A stretch of DNA of 64,000 nt from Chrysomallon squamiferum (GCA_012295275.1 CM022665.1:1612001-1676000), one strand, 5' to 3'; positions 13,101 to 27,182 are shown, counted from the stretch's first letter. Notes: generated by a model not told the origin, from the sequence alone. Translations and numbers: made by a program.

Positions 13101-16100
13101 AGTGCTGGAGGTCATCCAAGCTTGGTTTCATTACTACATTGGGAATAGCAAGAACCACATCAGCCTTGAAAAGTGGAGGCTTGGCATCATCCTTCTGATC
13201 ATCAACAATGGAATATCGGTTGGATGCTTGCAGTCGGCGCTTGATAGCATCCAGGGAAAGTCGAGTGCCTGATTACACAAATCATAACAAACAATTGTAT
13301 AGTAAGTAAATTCATTCATTCATTAATTAATTAATTCATTCATTAATTTAATATAGTAACATTTGATCTCAGTCAAAGATTACATTTTCAGACCAAATAA
13401 ACTAATTCACAGGCATTTGGCATTTATCATTTTTTTATCAGAATTTATTTGCTGGTAATCACTGCCATTTCACAGTTGCTAGACTGTGTAGTAACTATAT
13501 TTAAATTTTATTTTAATTATTCAAGAGACTTTAATAACAGACTTCAGGTTATGTTGTTTACAATCACTTGTGCTTTCAATTAAGCAACCATTCAAAAGTA
13601 GAAGCAATAAATAGTCTTACATTTAACAAGGGCCTCTGTGTTCCTCTGAGTAAAGTTGTTCAACAAACTGCAGTAACAACAAGGTAGACACTCCTGACAA
13701 CGCTGTTTCTTGTTCTTTGGGTCAGGATGGGTGCATGCCCAGCCATCTTGAGCTGACAGATTGACTCTTTCCAATGGTGTAAGTTTCTCCATCAGTGTGT
13801 CAACAAGTTCCTTTACAGAACGTTCAACCAACGCACTTTGACTAAGAACATAATTAAAACAATCACAGCTAATTCCTGTTTATAATGTAATTACAGACAT
13901 TTCAATAATTATGTAATTATATACAATTTAAAAAATGGAGTCTTTTGTCTTATTTATTTATTTATTTAGGTCTTTCAATTTTTGTTACGTTTAATTATAC
14001 ATTTTTTTTATATAAATCTGTGAAAAGTGTGTTTCTAAAATAGGAGCTATAAATTGAATTCAGTAAGTTCATTTTACAAATAAAGGTTTATCATAAATTC
14101 TCAAGAATAAACATTTATTTTCAGACATGTCAGTTTTGTTTTTGGGGGTAGGTTTTTAAATATAAAGTATATATTAAAAAGCAATATTTTAAAATGCATG
14201 TTCAACTATTAAGAAATTAAATATCTTACGTGGACAAAGACTCTGATGCACTTTTCACAATGTCACTGGTCATGTCAAGGAACTTCTCAGAAGATACAGC
14301 TTCTTCTTCTGGCAAATCACACAAGGCTGTGATAGACATGTCTTGTAGAACAGCCTCAATACGACAATCCAGTATGTCAGTGACAGTCTTAGCCAGTTTC
14401 CCCAGTTCACGGATCACTTCATTGATTCTCCTCATATCTATTACACAAATTATTATTTTATAAAATACTTATTAAAAATGTATGCAGTAAAATGTTTGTA
14501 AACTGAATAAAGTCAACAAAATGCACAATGCTAATCACTATTTCTTTCATTTCCTTAAAACTTGTATGTTTGTTTTTTGGTTGTTGTTTTTTTGCAGAAC
14601 AGTTGATGCAGAACAGAAAATTTGTTAATATTAATATACTTTTAGTTAATATTAATGAGAAAAACTCACAGTCACTGATATTGAGTGAACTCCATGTCAA
14701 CATGGTAATTCCTGGCTTGATAGCATCCTCCACCCGGTTTTGGAATGGCTTCATCAGAGGGACAACAACAGGAGCAAGATCCATAATAATCCCTTTGTAA
14801 CTTTTCAGCATTTCTTGTAATCTGAAATAAACAAAAATATATTTTGCCTTAATAATTCAGTAATGTCTAATGATACAGCTGTCACTAGATCAAAATAGAA
14901 AAAATAAGTTCCACTGACTGTTCTTTCTTAAAATTTATTTTTAAAAGGCATCTTAATGTTATCTAAAAAAAGTTAATTATAAAATTTATACAGAGCACTG
15001 TTTAGCAGAAACAAACTTTAAATAAAAACAGTTTCAGAAAACAAAAATAAAAACCTATATTTGGCAGTTCATTTCATATATTTATATAAAATATTTCTAA
15101 GTCATTTTCAACTTGAAGAGTTACTACCTGTAACAAATTCTGCAAATAACTATAAGTTATAGGAAATTACATCCACACTGATACCACATTCACACAGACT
15201 TTCTGAAATAAATAAAAAAACTGTTTACTTGACATGGTTAGTTCTGATTTCTTCCTCCTTGACAATCAGTTCCTTGGCAGGGTCCGGGATGTCCAATTTG
15301 AGAGACTGCAGACATTTAGCTTCCTGTATCAGTTCCATTATCTGCGAGTCAAAGTTGACAAACAGTTCTCCAGTGTCTGGATGTCTCACGAGAAGTGAGG
15401 CTTGCAGACCACTTCTGGCAGCTTCTATGGCACGAATCCATCCACGGTAATACAGCATCTAATAATATAATCATTATTAAACATTAATAATAATACATTA
15501 ACTGTAAAATTATACAACAAACTACAGCTCCTTACTGAATGATTAATGAACATAAACAAAGTATAATGTGTCTCTATATAAAATATATATATTAAACATA
15601 AAGTTCCCGAAACTTTGAATATCTTCATAAAATCTCTTTTCATTTTTTAAATTATTACTACTCTCCTTGTATGACAAATTAATGACAGTACCTCATATTC
15701 CAACAAAACACCAGCCATTTTGTTGTAATTGCGAATAACTTTCTTTGCTTCTGGATTCTAAAATGAAAATAATGTACATGATTTTTTTGATTTTTTGGAT
15801 ATGTGTTTATATAATTTTCCTTAACTTCACTTTACTTTCTAATAACTAAATATCAAAAACAATTAAACTGTTAATTTGTTCTTAGTGTAATTATGCAACA
15901 AAGAAATTATAAAAGAGAAAATATTTAAAATAATTTAATTTCAAAAATATTTTCTAATAAAGATTCTGTAGCTAAAACAAAAATGCATATTTAACAAATT
16001 ATGGGACAATAAACTTTAAATTTTAAGGACAATTAATACCCCAAGAAAACCTTAGTCTTTTTTATATGCCACATTTTAAATAAGCTTTTTAATATATAGT

Positions 16101-16559
16101 TTATAAATTAAATATAAAAATCTATTTTACCTTCAGGATTTCTGGTTTCATTTTGAAACATTTCATTGGACCCTCAATCTTCCTGAAGAGCTGTCTAGCC
16201 CAGGATATCTTGCCAGCAATTGGTGGAAGGTTTCTTGCAATCGGAGGATCAGACTTAAACTTTTGGTAGATTTTTCTGATGGTTTCCAAGTCCTTACCAT
16301 AATTCATCATCAGTTTCATGTACTTTTCATTCAAGTCCAGTTGAGCTCCTTTAATTCCCTCAAACTTCTCCAACAACTCCAGGGCTCTCTCAGTCTGAAA
16401 TCAAACATTAAATATTAACTAAATTATGTAATCCATAAATTAAAGCTCACTTTGTAAGATTGCATTAAAAAGGTAAACAAATGAATTTATGAAGATGACT
16501 TCTTTGTTTAATTAAAATAATTTTAATAAAAATATTTTTATAAACTTGTCATGAACTGG

Positions 16560-16590
<31 letters not shown>

Positions 16591-19500
16591 CTGACATCCT
16601 GAAAAAAATGTTAAACATGTAACAAAAGCAACATACTGTTAGTGATCTCTGAAACCAGGAATCCATAAAGTGCTGAATGGACAATCGTAAATTGTCTATC
16701 TGGTTACGAAAGTCCAGGTAATCTTGGTCAAACTACAAAAGAGAAAAAGCATATTAAATTATTTTTCCTCATTTATATATAATAAAATAGAAGTGGTTTT
16801 ACTTCACTTCTGGGGCAAATGCAAATGAGTCTCAAAGATAATGTAGATATTAAAGTCTTTCTTTTTTTCATTTTTTCAATTATAATATTAAACTGATAAA
16901 TATACACAAACAAGATTGCAGTATTGGTAATCAGAATGATCTTAACTCAGATTTGATGAAAAAATTTCACACTCTACAAATATTAACAACAGACCTCTGT
17001 CTTCCTGTGGTCCAGAATGTCATAGTTCTTCTTGCGAGAGTTGTCAACAATTGTTTTGTATCTCACAGCAATTGTTTCAATTCCTTCAATCTTGATATCA
17101 GGCAGAGTGGAAAACACCTCAATCGTGTTCACCATGTCTAGAATTTTATCCAGACGTTTGCAAAATGTGTCAAACTTTCCAAAGATGTAGTTCTCACTAT
17201 TTAATAAATAAAATAATGATTAACACTGAAACAAATACACAAAATTATTTTTAAAAGAATATTATTTTTTTTTTTTAAATAATCTGACACTTTTTAAGGC
17301 CAGATTAAAAATATATATCAACTGATTATAACTGAAGCTAGTGATACTGTAGTGTTTTGAAATCTAGTAAAAATTAGTTTTATTATAAATATGCCTATAA
17401 AATTAGAATGCTGGGGCAATACATCAAATGTTAATAAAATAGGCCCTAACATACTTCAACTTTCAAATATCTGAAGAAAATATAATAAATACAACTAGAA
17501 TACTAAAAACAAAATGATGAAAGTATATTTAAAAAGTAGTAAGCTGAATGGTATTTGCAAGTATTAATTTACCTGAACTCAAACTGTCTTTCATTGGGAG
17601 TTTGTTTGAGTTTTTCCTTTGTCTTCTGAAACTGGCGCTGGTATTCTTCATTCAGCTGGATGCACTGGTTCATGCGTTGTAGCAGAACAGGTCTGCAAAA
17701 TCAAGATGTTATATATTTTTATACTGATGAAGAAAAGCCATTGCATATTTGAAAATAAATAATAAATGTCAACAGAACACTTCATATGTAAATAAACTAT
17801 TTAGGAAAGATAAAGAAACATAAAGAAGAGGTAAAAATAATATACTGTCATTCAGGTATTAAAATACTCACAGTGGATGTTCCCAGATCTTTGTTATTCC
17901 TTGATTGATGTAAGCTTTGCAGGTGGTGATCATCTGATTGGTGACCTTGACAAACAGAGAGGTCATACGTTCCGAGGTGTTGTAGTACTGGGATATGCTA
18001 TATATCATTCGTATAGCATTCATCAAACTTGGAATGTGCTCAATCATGGTTGCCTGAAAATATTATTACATGATTTAAAAAAACAAACATTTTTATATGA
18101 TCACAAAAGTATACAACAACTTTAAAACTGCATTATGGGATGGGAAATCGTAACATTTAGATAATTTTTGAATGTTTTGAATAAGTATATATATATATAT
18201 GTGAACTACTTACTGGTGTACATTTCACCAATGGTCCAAAGAATTTGTCCAGGGTGTAAAGATATTTCACATTGTCTTTAGCTTCATTTGCAGCATCAGT
18301 GATTCTTCCATCCTGAATAAAATATTTTTGTTTACATAAATATATTAATGAATCTCACATATTGTACATTCAGTATTACAAAAAATCCTTCATCTAGGTG
18401 ACAAAGATTATTGAAGAAATAATGTTATAATTATGGACAAAAGAGTTTTGTATTTGGTAACTAAACTTAAATGCAAAATGATAAATTTTGTTAACATTGA
18501 CATAATGAGATGAAATAAATTTAAATGTGAAAAAAAGAAAGCTTATTATATATACTTGTTTTGTCAAATTCAGATATGTGAGTTATTTAAATTTGTCAAA
18601 CAAAACTAGTATAACAATGTTATTGTACCAGTTCCCTCCACTTCTTCAGTGTCTTTGACTTGGAAACCTGCATCACACAGATAACAGCTTTAACCCGTGG
18701 ACTCTTCATCTGCTCCAAAAGACTGGAAAATAAATTTAAATAAGTACACTTCAGAATGATTATAATAAGTCATGGTTAATTACAGAATTAAATAAAGATA
18801 TTCACAATCATTCAGAATTAAAATAGAATTAGGTAAATTTTAAGTGGCAGTGGTAATAAAAATTGTAAGACAAAAGGAAGGTGTATGAATCAATATCAAA
18901 AGTTTCTTTCACCAATCAAAAACATGAAACATGATTTAAAAGTATTGTTACAGCTGTGGATTTTATTTGTCTCTGAAAACACTGCTCATTGGCTGATATC
19001 CTATTTAGATTCCTGAGCATAAGTGTATGTGTGTGAAGCCCAAGCCAAACTTACTTGTTGAATTTGGCCATTCGTTTTTTCCAGTAAGCAAGTTCAGCAG
19101 TGGGACCGATGTCATCAGCCTCTCTTCTCATCTGCTCACTTTCAGCAAGAACCTGTTCAATTTGCTTGGACCAGGTATTTACCAGTTCTTCCAGTTTGTC
19201 CAACAGATCTGTGTTACCAGCTACAATTCCAAAATATTTATTCACAGTAAATTTTTTTTTTTTTTTTTGAGCCTCCATAAATATATTTTTATTTTTAACC
19301 TAATGATATTAACCAGTTTATTTTGTAACATTATCTACATTAATCTGAAAAGTGGTTTGTATGTTTACCTGCTGCATGAAAATCTGTGGGTCCCTCCATA
19401 CTGTCTATGGCTGAACCAACACCATTTTCAGCAAGAGTGATCTGTCCCTCCATGTTCTCAATGGCTGATATCAGACTGCTGGTAAATTTTTCAAGATGTT

Positions 19501-22500
19501 CAAGGAAGTCTTCAACAGCTTCATTACTTCCATTTTCAGTGCTCAGTGTACCCCAGCTCTAAATATGATTATTTCAATTATTTACATTTATTAAGTGTTA
19601 CCCATCTTTTCTGTTGTTTGTTTTTATTAAACATCAAAATTATCTCTGTAAGAAAATAATCATATATTTTCTAACAATACTTAGTTACTAACAGTTATGG
19701 AGATAGTCTGTACGAAACAAAAATCTAAAATGCTACTCAGAAGACCGTTTTTTCTTTTTTTTTCACCGACACACAAACTAATGGATTCCACGTGTACAAC
19801 AGGCCAGACTTTTCTGTCTGCAGGAAGGAGCATATGATGATGCCTTGTTAGTCAGTCACTAATAAAATTAAAGTCATTATACAAATATTTATTTAGTCAC
19901 ATACCTCCAGTGACTTGAAGCATGGCAAGACAATCTTTGACATGTATTTCTGGAATCCACCAAGAACCTTTCCTCCTGTGCAGTCAATGATTCCCATGTT
20001 TACCTCTTGTGCAATATTGTTTGGTTTTAATGGTTTGTCTGTCATTCAGGGAAATATATACAAATGCCATTCAGACCCTGATATAAATAAAATCAAAACA
20101 AAATTTTAGTATCTTGTTCTTAGTAACATATGCAGGTAGGTCATATAACTTGTTTATTTCTGCAAAAGTAACTTGGTATATAAATGTTATGTTCTTACCT
20201 CAGAATCTCCTAATGTGAGAAATAGTTTTTTCTGACTTCCAGCTGTAGTCTGACCAGCTGCCTGTAAATTATATTTAATTTTAATATTTATCAGCATCAA
20301 CAAAATGTTTTATCAAATTTATAACAAAAACAAAATATGCATGATACTTTATTTTAAAATAACTGAAATTAATGTTATTTGATTTAAGATCAGATTCAAA
20401 ATAATTTTAACAAAATTCATTTTATGAAATTAACTCCAGCTACCAGCAGTAGAAAGTTAATGCAAAATTTGTCTCTATTGTTTATGAAGAAATAGAAGTC
20501 CACGACTTTCACTATGATTATGATAAAATTGTGAAAGTAATCAGTCAAATAAAGATTTAAAATCTTACAACATTGCTGGAATCTTGATAGAAAAACATGA
20601 GTTTCCGTACTCCATCTTTTTCAAAGAAACTTTCCATCAAATTGAACTGTAAATACATAATAAAATAATATGTTAAATGAAGCTTCAAATCAACAACATA
20701 AATAAAAATGTAGATTCAATTCAGCTATGAGAATATTCTTTGTTCACTGTTTTTAAACAAGTCTTTAATTATTTATTTAATAAATCTGATGAATGTTTTG
20801 ATAGGTGAGTAAGGTAAAGAGATACATGGTTACATATGACTGCATTTATATGTGAATGCATTATGTATGTATATTTATACAAATGTACAATATACATTCA
20901 GAGAATTGTTTATGTATATGGAGATTGGATGTATGCATGCTTGCATATATATCCAAAAGAGATAAACAAATTTAAAGACATACTTTTTCATCACCAGTTA
21001 TAAAGTCTTCAACAACTGAAGTGTCGACTGCAATGGCATCTGCAATCTAAAAACACAAAGAACAGATCTCATTAATTTTACAAATATACATATATAAAAA
21101 TATTTTAACTATATTACTTATTTATTTATTTAAAGTTTGTTTGTCAGGGAACAAACACATACAATAACAAAATCTTTATAGTACTTAAAAATAATTTTTT
21201 TGAAAACTAACCTGTTTTATGACATACTGATGTCTCATATCCAGCTGTAAAAATAAAAACATGTTTTTATTTTAAAACATTTTCTTTCAGTATTATTAAA
21301 TACTTATTTATATTAAATTCTGTTTATCAAATTGTTATATTAAAATAGTTGATTTTTGTTCTTCTCTGTTCTCTTTGATTATTCAAGTGGTTTATTTTCA
21401 ACATGTAATAAAACTAAACAATGGGATTTTTTAAATAAGAAAAAAATTAATCCTGGGAACATTATTCCTTGTGTAAAAGGATAATATTAATACATATTTG
21501 TAATTAAAGTTTTCAGAGATTCAGAAAGGCTTAGATCTGACTTAAAATCTCTTGTGCTTTAACAAGTGATATGTTACTTTTAGTCTGTTTTCTTCCTTGT
21601 AGGCCCGGGCTTTCTGCACTTCTTTCATTGCATCACCTGCTGTTACAATAGCCTTGGATTTCATGGTTGTTGCCTTAATTTAGGAAAAAATAATCATTTT
21701 GTCATTCATTGTCATAATCATGAATGTAAATTATTTGATCATACCTTTGTTTTAGATGAATGTAGCTTGTGTTTGTACTGTCATCCTGTATTATTAATAT
21801 GTAATCATTCTCTGGTGCAAATCCTCCCCACAAAAAAAAAACATTTGAAATCAATTCTGATTTTTTTCTTTAAGTTAAAAACATGCTTTGGCCCCTCAGA
21901 TGAAATCTTAAAATGTAACCATAACAAATGATGAAGATGGAATAATAAGATAATATTTATCAAACAATATTTGTAAGAACTTAAATATTTAAAAAAATGC
22001 ATTCTCCAGATTATGAAATTAATTTGTATATTATTATGTTTTTTTTAATCACTGTATTCTGTCAAAGTTTAGTTCACAAATCACAATTTGACAGCTCTTA
22101 TTAATTAAATAGACAGTTATCATGCTTATAAAAATTTTAATCTTTGACTGATATATGAAGAGTGAAAAATTAAGTCTTTACTTTAGGAAACCATAAAAGC
22201 TGAAAACAAAATATGTATGTCATTAAGGCTCAGTTAAAATAAAGTAAGGTTAAGTAAGAATACAAAGCATTAAACTACATATGATATTAATACTGCAGAT
22301 CACACTTTTTAAATGATTATAATATCTTGAATTATAATAAATTAGATACTAATAACTATTATAGAAAACAGGTATTATCCAGCAGTATTTGTTTGTTTTT
22401 TGTTTAATTTTTATTGGGTTATTTTTTTTTTTTTTTTTAAATCCATTTCCCTATTCAAAATGAGAAAAGAAGTAATATTAATGATATCAAACATATACTG

Positions 22501-23125
22501 CCTAGTCAGTGCTACATATATATACATTATATATACTTGGTAGAAGTTTAGGATAAATGTGATTAGACCAAAACCAATATTTATGACATCATATGAGAAC
22601 ACACTCTCACCAATACAGGACTGGGCTGAAACAGATTCAAGTTTATAAACCATTATATAAATTCATTTAAAATTATAAATAACATATATGTTAATTATAA
22701 AAATATATTAATTAATAAATAAATTATTATCCAATATTCTCCAATTTTGTGAGATAACAGATTTATATAGATGAACAATAATAAAGTCTCAAGTATTAAA
22801 CATTCTGGAAATACCTTAGCTCCAACACCAGCCTTTGAAGTAGCTTTCTTCTGTCCTGGCTTTTCATCTGTTGAATTAAAACAAAAGTTTTTCTAATGAA
22901 ACTACAAGAACAAATTACATATGACAACTGTTTTGTTGTTTTTGTGTTTGTTTAAATGAAATTAATAACTCCCAAAATACAACAGTGATAAATAGCTTTC
23001 TAACATATATAACATTGGTGAAATTTGATTAGCATTTCTAAACTTTTGAAGAAACTCGTTATATATTTACCTCCAAAATGTTTTCAATATCTTACTTTTT
23101 AAAGTTAAACATAAAGTCTGTACTA

Positions 23126-23157
<32 letters not shown>

Positions 23158-26100
23158 TAATAAGAGTAAAATCTGTTTTATTACAATTTATCCAACAGCT
23201 GATAAATATATTAATAATTTTAGTAATTCACATAATGTTTTTCAAAATAAATTATATAAAATTGCATCAGTATGTGTTTTGGGTTTTGGTGGGGGGGTTG
23301 TTGTTTTGTAGTTCATGTAAAATGAAGGTATGTTGACTTAAAAATTGTTTAAATTAATCTTACCATAATTTAAAATTATAAGAAGTGCTTGTTGTTTGGA
23401 TATGAAAACAAAGCTAGATTGTTGGATTTATTTTCAACACTAACAACCATTTACACTTTATACATGTCTACAGTTAATCTAAACTAATATTTAATGAAGC
23501 ATAACCATATTACCAAAATGGCTGCCAAAATACAGTAATCTATTTTTACTGCAATTCAAAATAAAAGAACAGATACAGTGTAAGCCAATGGTAACTTAAT
23601 TAAAAATTAATTATTGATGAGATGAGATGATATTGACCTGTATCATACATACTGCAGTACAGGTTGTCAAGAACAAATATATTATCTCATCAGAGTTTCT
23701 TATTTATAACAATCTATCACAAAAATATCTTGTAATACTATAATTATAATTTATATCATTTTAAGTTATAGTAGTAATAAGTGTAAATTTTCTATTTAAA
23801 TTTTAAATTTAAAAAAGTTTTTTTTCATTTAAATAAAAAAGGTTTCTTTACCAAGAAAGTTTTTAAGTAGTTTTACTCTAAGATATCAAATTTTTAAAAC
23901 TAAAATTTCCAAAAACAAGAACTTTCAATATTACAATTAAGAATAATATAGATATAATTTTATTTTAGGGTAGACTTATATCAACAATTATTAATTATAT
24001 ATAAAATTAGACAAACAATGTTGAGTTTTGTTTAGAATCATGAACTACAGACAAAACTATGCTGATCTGTTTATAGTTACCTATACTTAAGTAGTCAGGT
24101 ATAACTAAACTGAAGCTAAATTACACACAAACATGACTGTGCCAAGGTAACATGATTCTATCAACGTAAGTAAAGTCTGTTTACCCATAACAAAAAAATG
24201 TCTTGTATGATATAGAGAAGCTTATGGTTTATCTTATTAATTTTATATTCTATTACTTTTAGATTAATTAATATGAATTAAATACCCAAAACAGAATGGA
24301 AGAAATATAATTATAGTAATTTTATAAACAGATATAGGTTGTAGTTTTTGTTGTTGTTTCAACATCTTTTTTTGTTCCACATTTTTCTTTTTTTCTTTTT
24401 TTCAGTTAACAATGTTCAGACAATTCTTAATGTTTTTTTCTTTTTAAATGTTATAACCTTTCAACCATAATAGATTTTTTTTTTTTTTTAATTTAATTTT
24501 TGTTTAAAGCTTTTTAGTAATTAACAATTAATATTTCACAAAATGATAAATAATATATTATATTTATATATTAAATTATTAGCCACATAAAACATGTTTT
24601 TTTCTTTTAGTGTGTGCAATGATACAATATTATATATTCCAACACAGTAATATGTCATTACTCTGCTTTCTGTCACAAACTGAAATGATAATAGCTGAAT
24701 GATATACTTCAATAACTCCATAACCTGGCAATTTATACACCAAACATTGACAGGCACAAAGCCAAATACATATAAAACATGTTGCCTTCAGTGCATAATA
24801 CTACAGATAAAGGTGGCATAAACGACTTCTGAAAGGACCCAATGAACCAAAAAACCAGTCACAATGACACAGCGACATTCTGTTACTTCTGAATATTAAA
24901 CCTTTACAGCCAGTTCATGTACCAAACACAGCTTGTTACCCAGATCAATAAAAACAATCAAAATGTGTCTATAAAGATAGAAAAATGAAATATGCACAGT
25001 AATAATAAAGCTTTTTAAATACAGATTTTCTTTTAATCTTTTGTTGTAATTATTCCTTGATAATAAGGAACTGAATATATCTGAAAACAAAACTGTCAAA
25101 ATACTTTAAACTTTTGTAGTATTAAACAAAATTTACTCAGTGAACATTAGTTTAATTACATTTATTTATAAGCCATTTCTTTTGTTTGTCTGCTGTTGTT
25201 GGATTTATTTATTTTTTGATTTTTTATTTTTTTTTGCATGGGTGTGATTTTTCATTTGTGGGGGGTTTGGTTGTTTTTTTTTTTTTTGACAGTTCTTTTG
25301 TCCTTGCAGTGATCTATATGTTTCTTCTTCTTTAATTACATAATACAGTACAATTTGCCTAGATTAATTACTACAGAAACAACAATGAAAAAAAGAAGAG
25401 AGAATGTATCATAATCATTTGTAACATCAATACCTTTAATTAATTTCCAGGGATAAGTAATCATGTTGATTACAAATACTGTTCATACTCTGCATGTGTA
25501 ATTAATTACTGTCTGCAAGATATTAATCTGTTCTGTTGATTTATTACTCAAGTAGTCTACTGGTATTATCACTCACAACTGTTACTGTGATTTTAAATTA
25601 CAAATAATTATGCTGTTATTTAAGTGTACATTATCTCTTGAAATTTTATGAAAATATTTTAGATACATATTTAAATAGTCTAACTAAACTGTCTGTATTT
25701 AATTAAACAATACCTTTTAAGATAACTAAGCAATGCACTGAAATAATGAATAAGAATGAGGCATTGAAATAAAAATATTATTTCATTTCTTTAAAACAGA
25801 AGAAAAATGTGTTTTAATTCCAAAATTGTTTCCTATATTTATATTAGTATTAGCTATAATATGAAAAATATATAAATGATGATATTGGACTAATACTACA
25901 GAAGCAAATATGCTTGTTACTTTATAATATATAATAATGAAAATATCACAGAACTACCACTCATACAAATAACTTAGGTAAAAATCCAATAGCCATGTTC
26001 ATGTTAGCATGGAAATTTGATGTTTGATTAATATAAAAAAATGTACTTTATTATTATAAAAATATAACTAATATAACAAAGCAAATTATATCAAAATGAG

Positions 26101-26198
26101 TACAAAAACAAGAAGAAAAAAATTAAAGAAAGTGGGAGATGAAAAAAAAATAAAGAAAACAAAACTTCAGCTTAAAATATTCTGGTTGTTTCATGTTC

Positions 26199-26242
<44 letters not shown>

Positions 26243-26361
26243 TTATTTGTACCTTTCGTTTCTTTCGAAATGAGTGGAGGTGCAACCTCTTGATCAGGTT
26301 TAGGGCTCTCTGGCTTACTTTGCTCTTTTTCGCCAGGCCCACCGTCCTGTACATCTGCCAT
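111..26361 (-). CDS. DNAH5: Axonemal outer-arm dynein heavy chain (DNAH5/DNAH8, gamma-type), 5' portion: tail, linker, AAA1 and start of AAA2; continues past the left edge
   Basis: 42 coding exons traced: 26253-26361, 22815-22867, 21578-21673, 21212-21244, 20984-21046, 20569-20646, 20199-20261, 19905-20077 (frameshifted), 19369-19558, 19055-19220, 18629-18722, 18214-18312, 17872-18053, 17573-17692, 16995-17196, 16637-16732, 16131-16394, 15692-15757, 15229-15458, 14670-14821, 14230-14437, 13621-13841, 13009-13268, 9151-9357, 8717-8797, 8003-8407, 7558-7676, 7036-7335, 6470-6710, 6076-6202, 5847-5919, 5508-5661, 4893-5159, 4347-4613, 3706-3930, 3198-3370, 2588-2766, 2066-2253, 1548-1742, 1198-1332, 753-860, 111-410. 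AAA1 P-loop region [37 protein letters not shown], Walker [12 protein letters not shown]2 GPTGAGKT and [13 protein letters not shown] are typical of DNAH5/8. DNAH5 versus DNAH8 versus an invertebrate paralog cannot be resolved here. The first ATG (MADVQDG) is inferred. Confidence 0.93.
10449..10475 (-). other. Candidate 27-nt alternative microexon of the dynein heavy chain (STHNVLHRK)
   Basis: Minus strand reads TATTGACTGTTTTAG|TCAACCCATAATGTGCTACACAGGAAG|GTTAGT. It is phase 0-0 and stop-free, inside the phase-0 intron 9358-13008. Confidence 0.55.
19680..19850. repeat. Probable degraded non-autonomous transposon fragment in a dynein intron
   Basis: Short island that is richer in GC and CpG than the surrounding CpG-poor intron. 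No family assignment is possible without a repeat library. Confidence 0.3.
25635..25790 (+). repeat. Diverged ~155-bp direct repeat, copy 1
   Basis: Colinear similarity with 27938-28092 (AAATTTTATGAAAA...TTTAATTAAACAATA...AAGATAA...CACTGAAATA.TGAATAA...ATGAGGC). Confidence 0.75.
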
Positions 26362-26749
26362 CTCTACTGATGGTTTTATACTCTTTCTCGTGCTCGATTT
26401 ATTTCTTGTCACTTTTCTCGTTTTTCTTTTTTAAATGTCCAAATGTGAGTAGATGTGTGTTCTCCAACTACTCTAACTCACAACTCTTTCAATCAAGTAA
26501 CCTAAAATATACATACTGGAGCCTGAGTACAGGGCACATGTTAATACATCCGCATGTGGTAAGAACAAGAAAGTAGTTCACAATTAAGTGCTCTTTACTG
26601 ATCTTTTTTAATGATATACTGATATATTTTCAAAGATAGAAAGTAGTAAACATAGGTTTCTTTATGAATTTTGTTGATGTTTGTAACTTTAATTAATGTT
26701 ATATTAATGTTGTTTGAGGTGTACGAATATCTTTGTTAGTGAGTTTTCC

Positions 26750-26772
26750 CTCACCATAGAAACATGTAAACA
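26750..26772. promoter_or_regulatory. Putative RFX X-box plus adjacent forkhead (FOXJ1-type) site upstream of the dynein gene
   Basis: Minus strand GTTTCTATGGTGAG (26763-26750) is close to the X-box GTTNCYATGGNAAC. GTAAACA lies at 26766-26772, about 400 bp upstream of the dynein ATG. Confidence 0.45.
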
Positions 26773-27182
26773 GCGTCTAAGAAGATTGCTATCACCCTGT
26801 TGACGAGGGCGCTAAGCTGAGATTAAAGAACCATGCAGTTAATAATACAACTGACAAACTAAGTGACTTGCAAGTGGTCGGCCAATATTAATATCATTTC
26901 GCTCTTAATTTTATCAAGTACTGATTCTGTCTGTCAGATGTTGAATTTTTCTGACTACGAAATCATTAAGTATAACAAAAATATTATCGATAAAGACAAC
27001 TGCAGTAACATTTAATTTCTTCCTAATAAATCACTGGTTTATATCATGTTATGTAATCGTGTGTGTGTGTTGATGTTGTTGTTGTTGTTGTTTTGTTTTG
27101 TTTTTTTTCCTATCAAAATAACATTCTAGTGTTACAATATTTTATGGTTATATATTGCTGTTTAAATTATATTAGCTACAGC

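Noticed and set aside
15185-15202. AG...GT-bounded 18-mer resembling a dynein microexon
   Set aside because: It has an in-frame TGA, and the upstream intron would be only ~26 nt.
198-20109. Many short + strand ORFs across the dynein gene
   Set aside because: Antisense shadows of real exons, or chance ORFs in introns, with no recognisable motifs.
21745-21785. 41-nt cassette with good splice signals in dynein intron 2
   Set aside because: It is not frame-preserving and contains stops. At best it is an alternative 5' UTR exon, which is unsupported.
26096-26354. Poly-Ile and poly-Leu ORFs
   Set aside because: Read-through into an (AAT)n microsatellite, or antisense and off-frame shadows of dynein exon 1.
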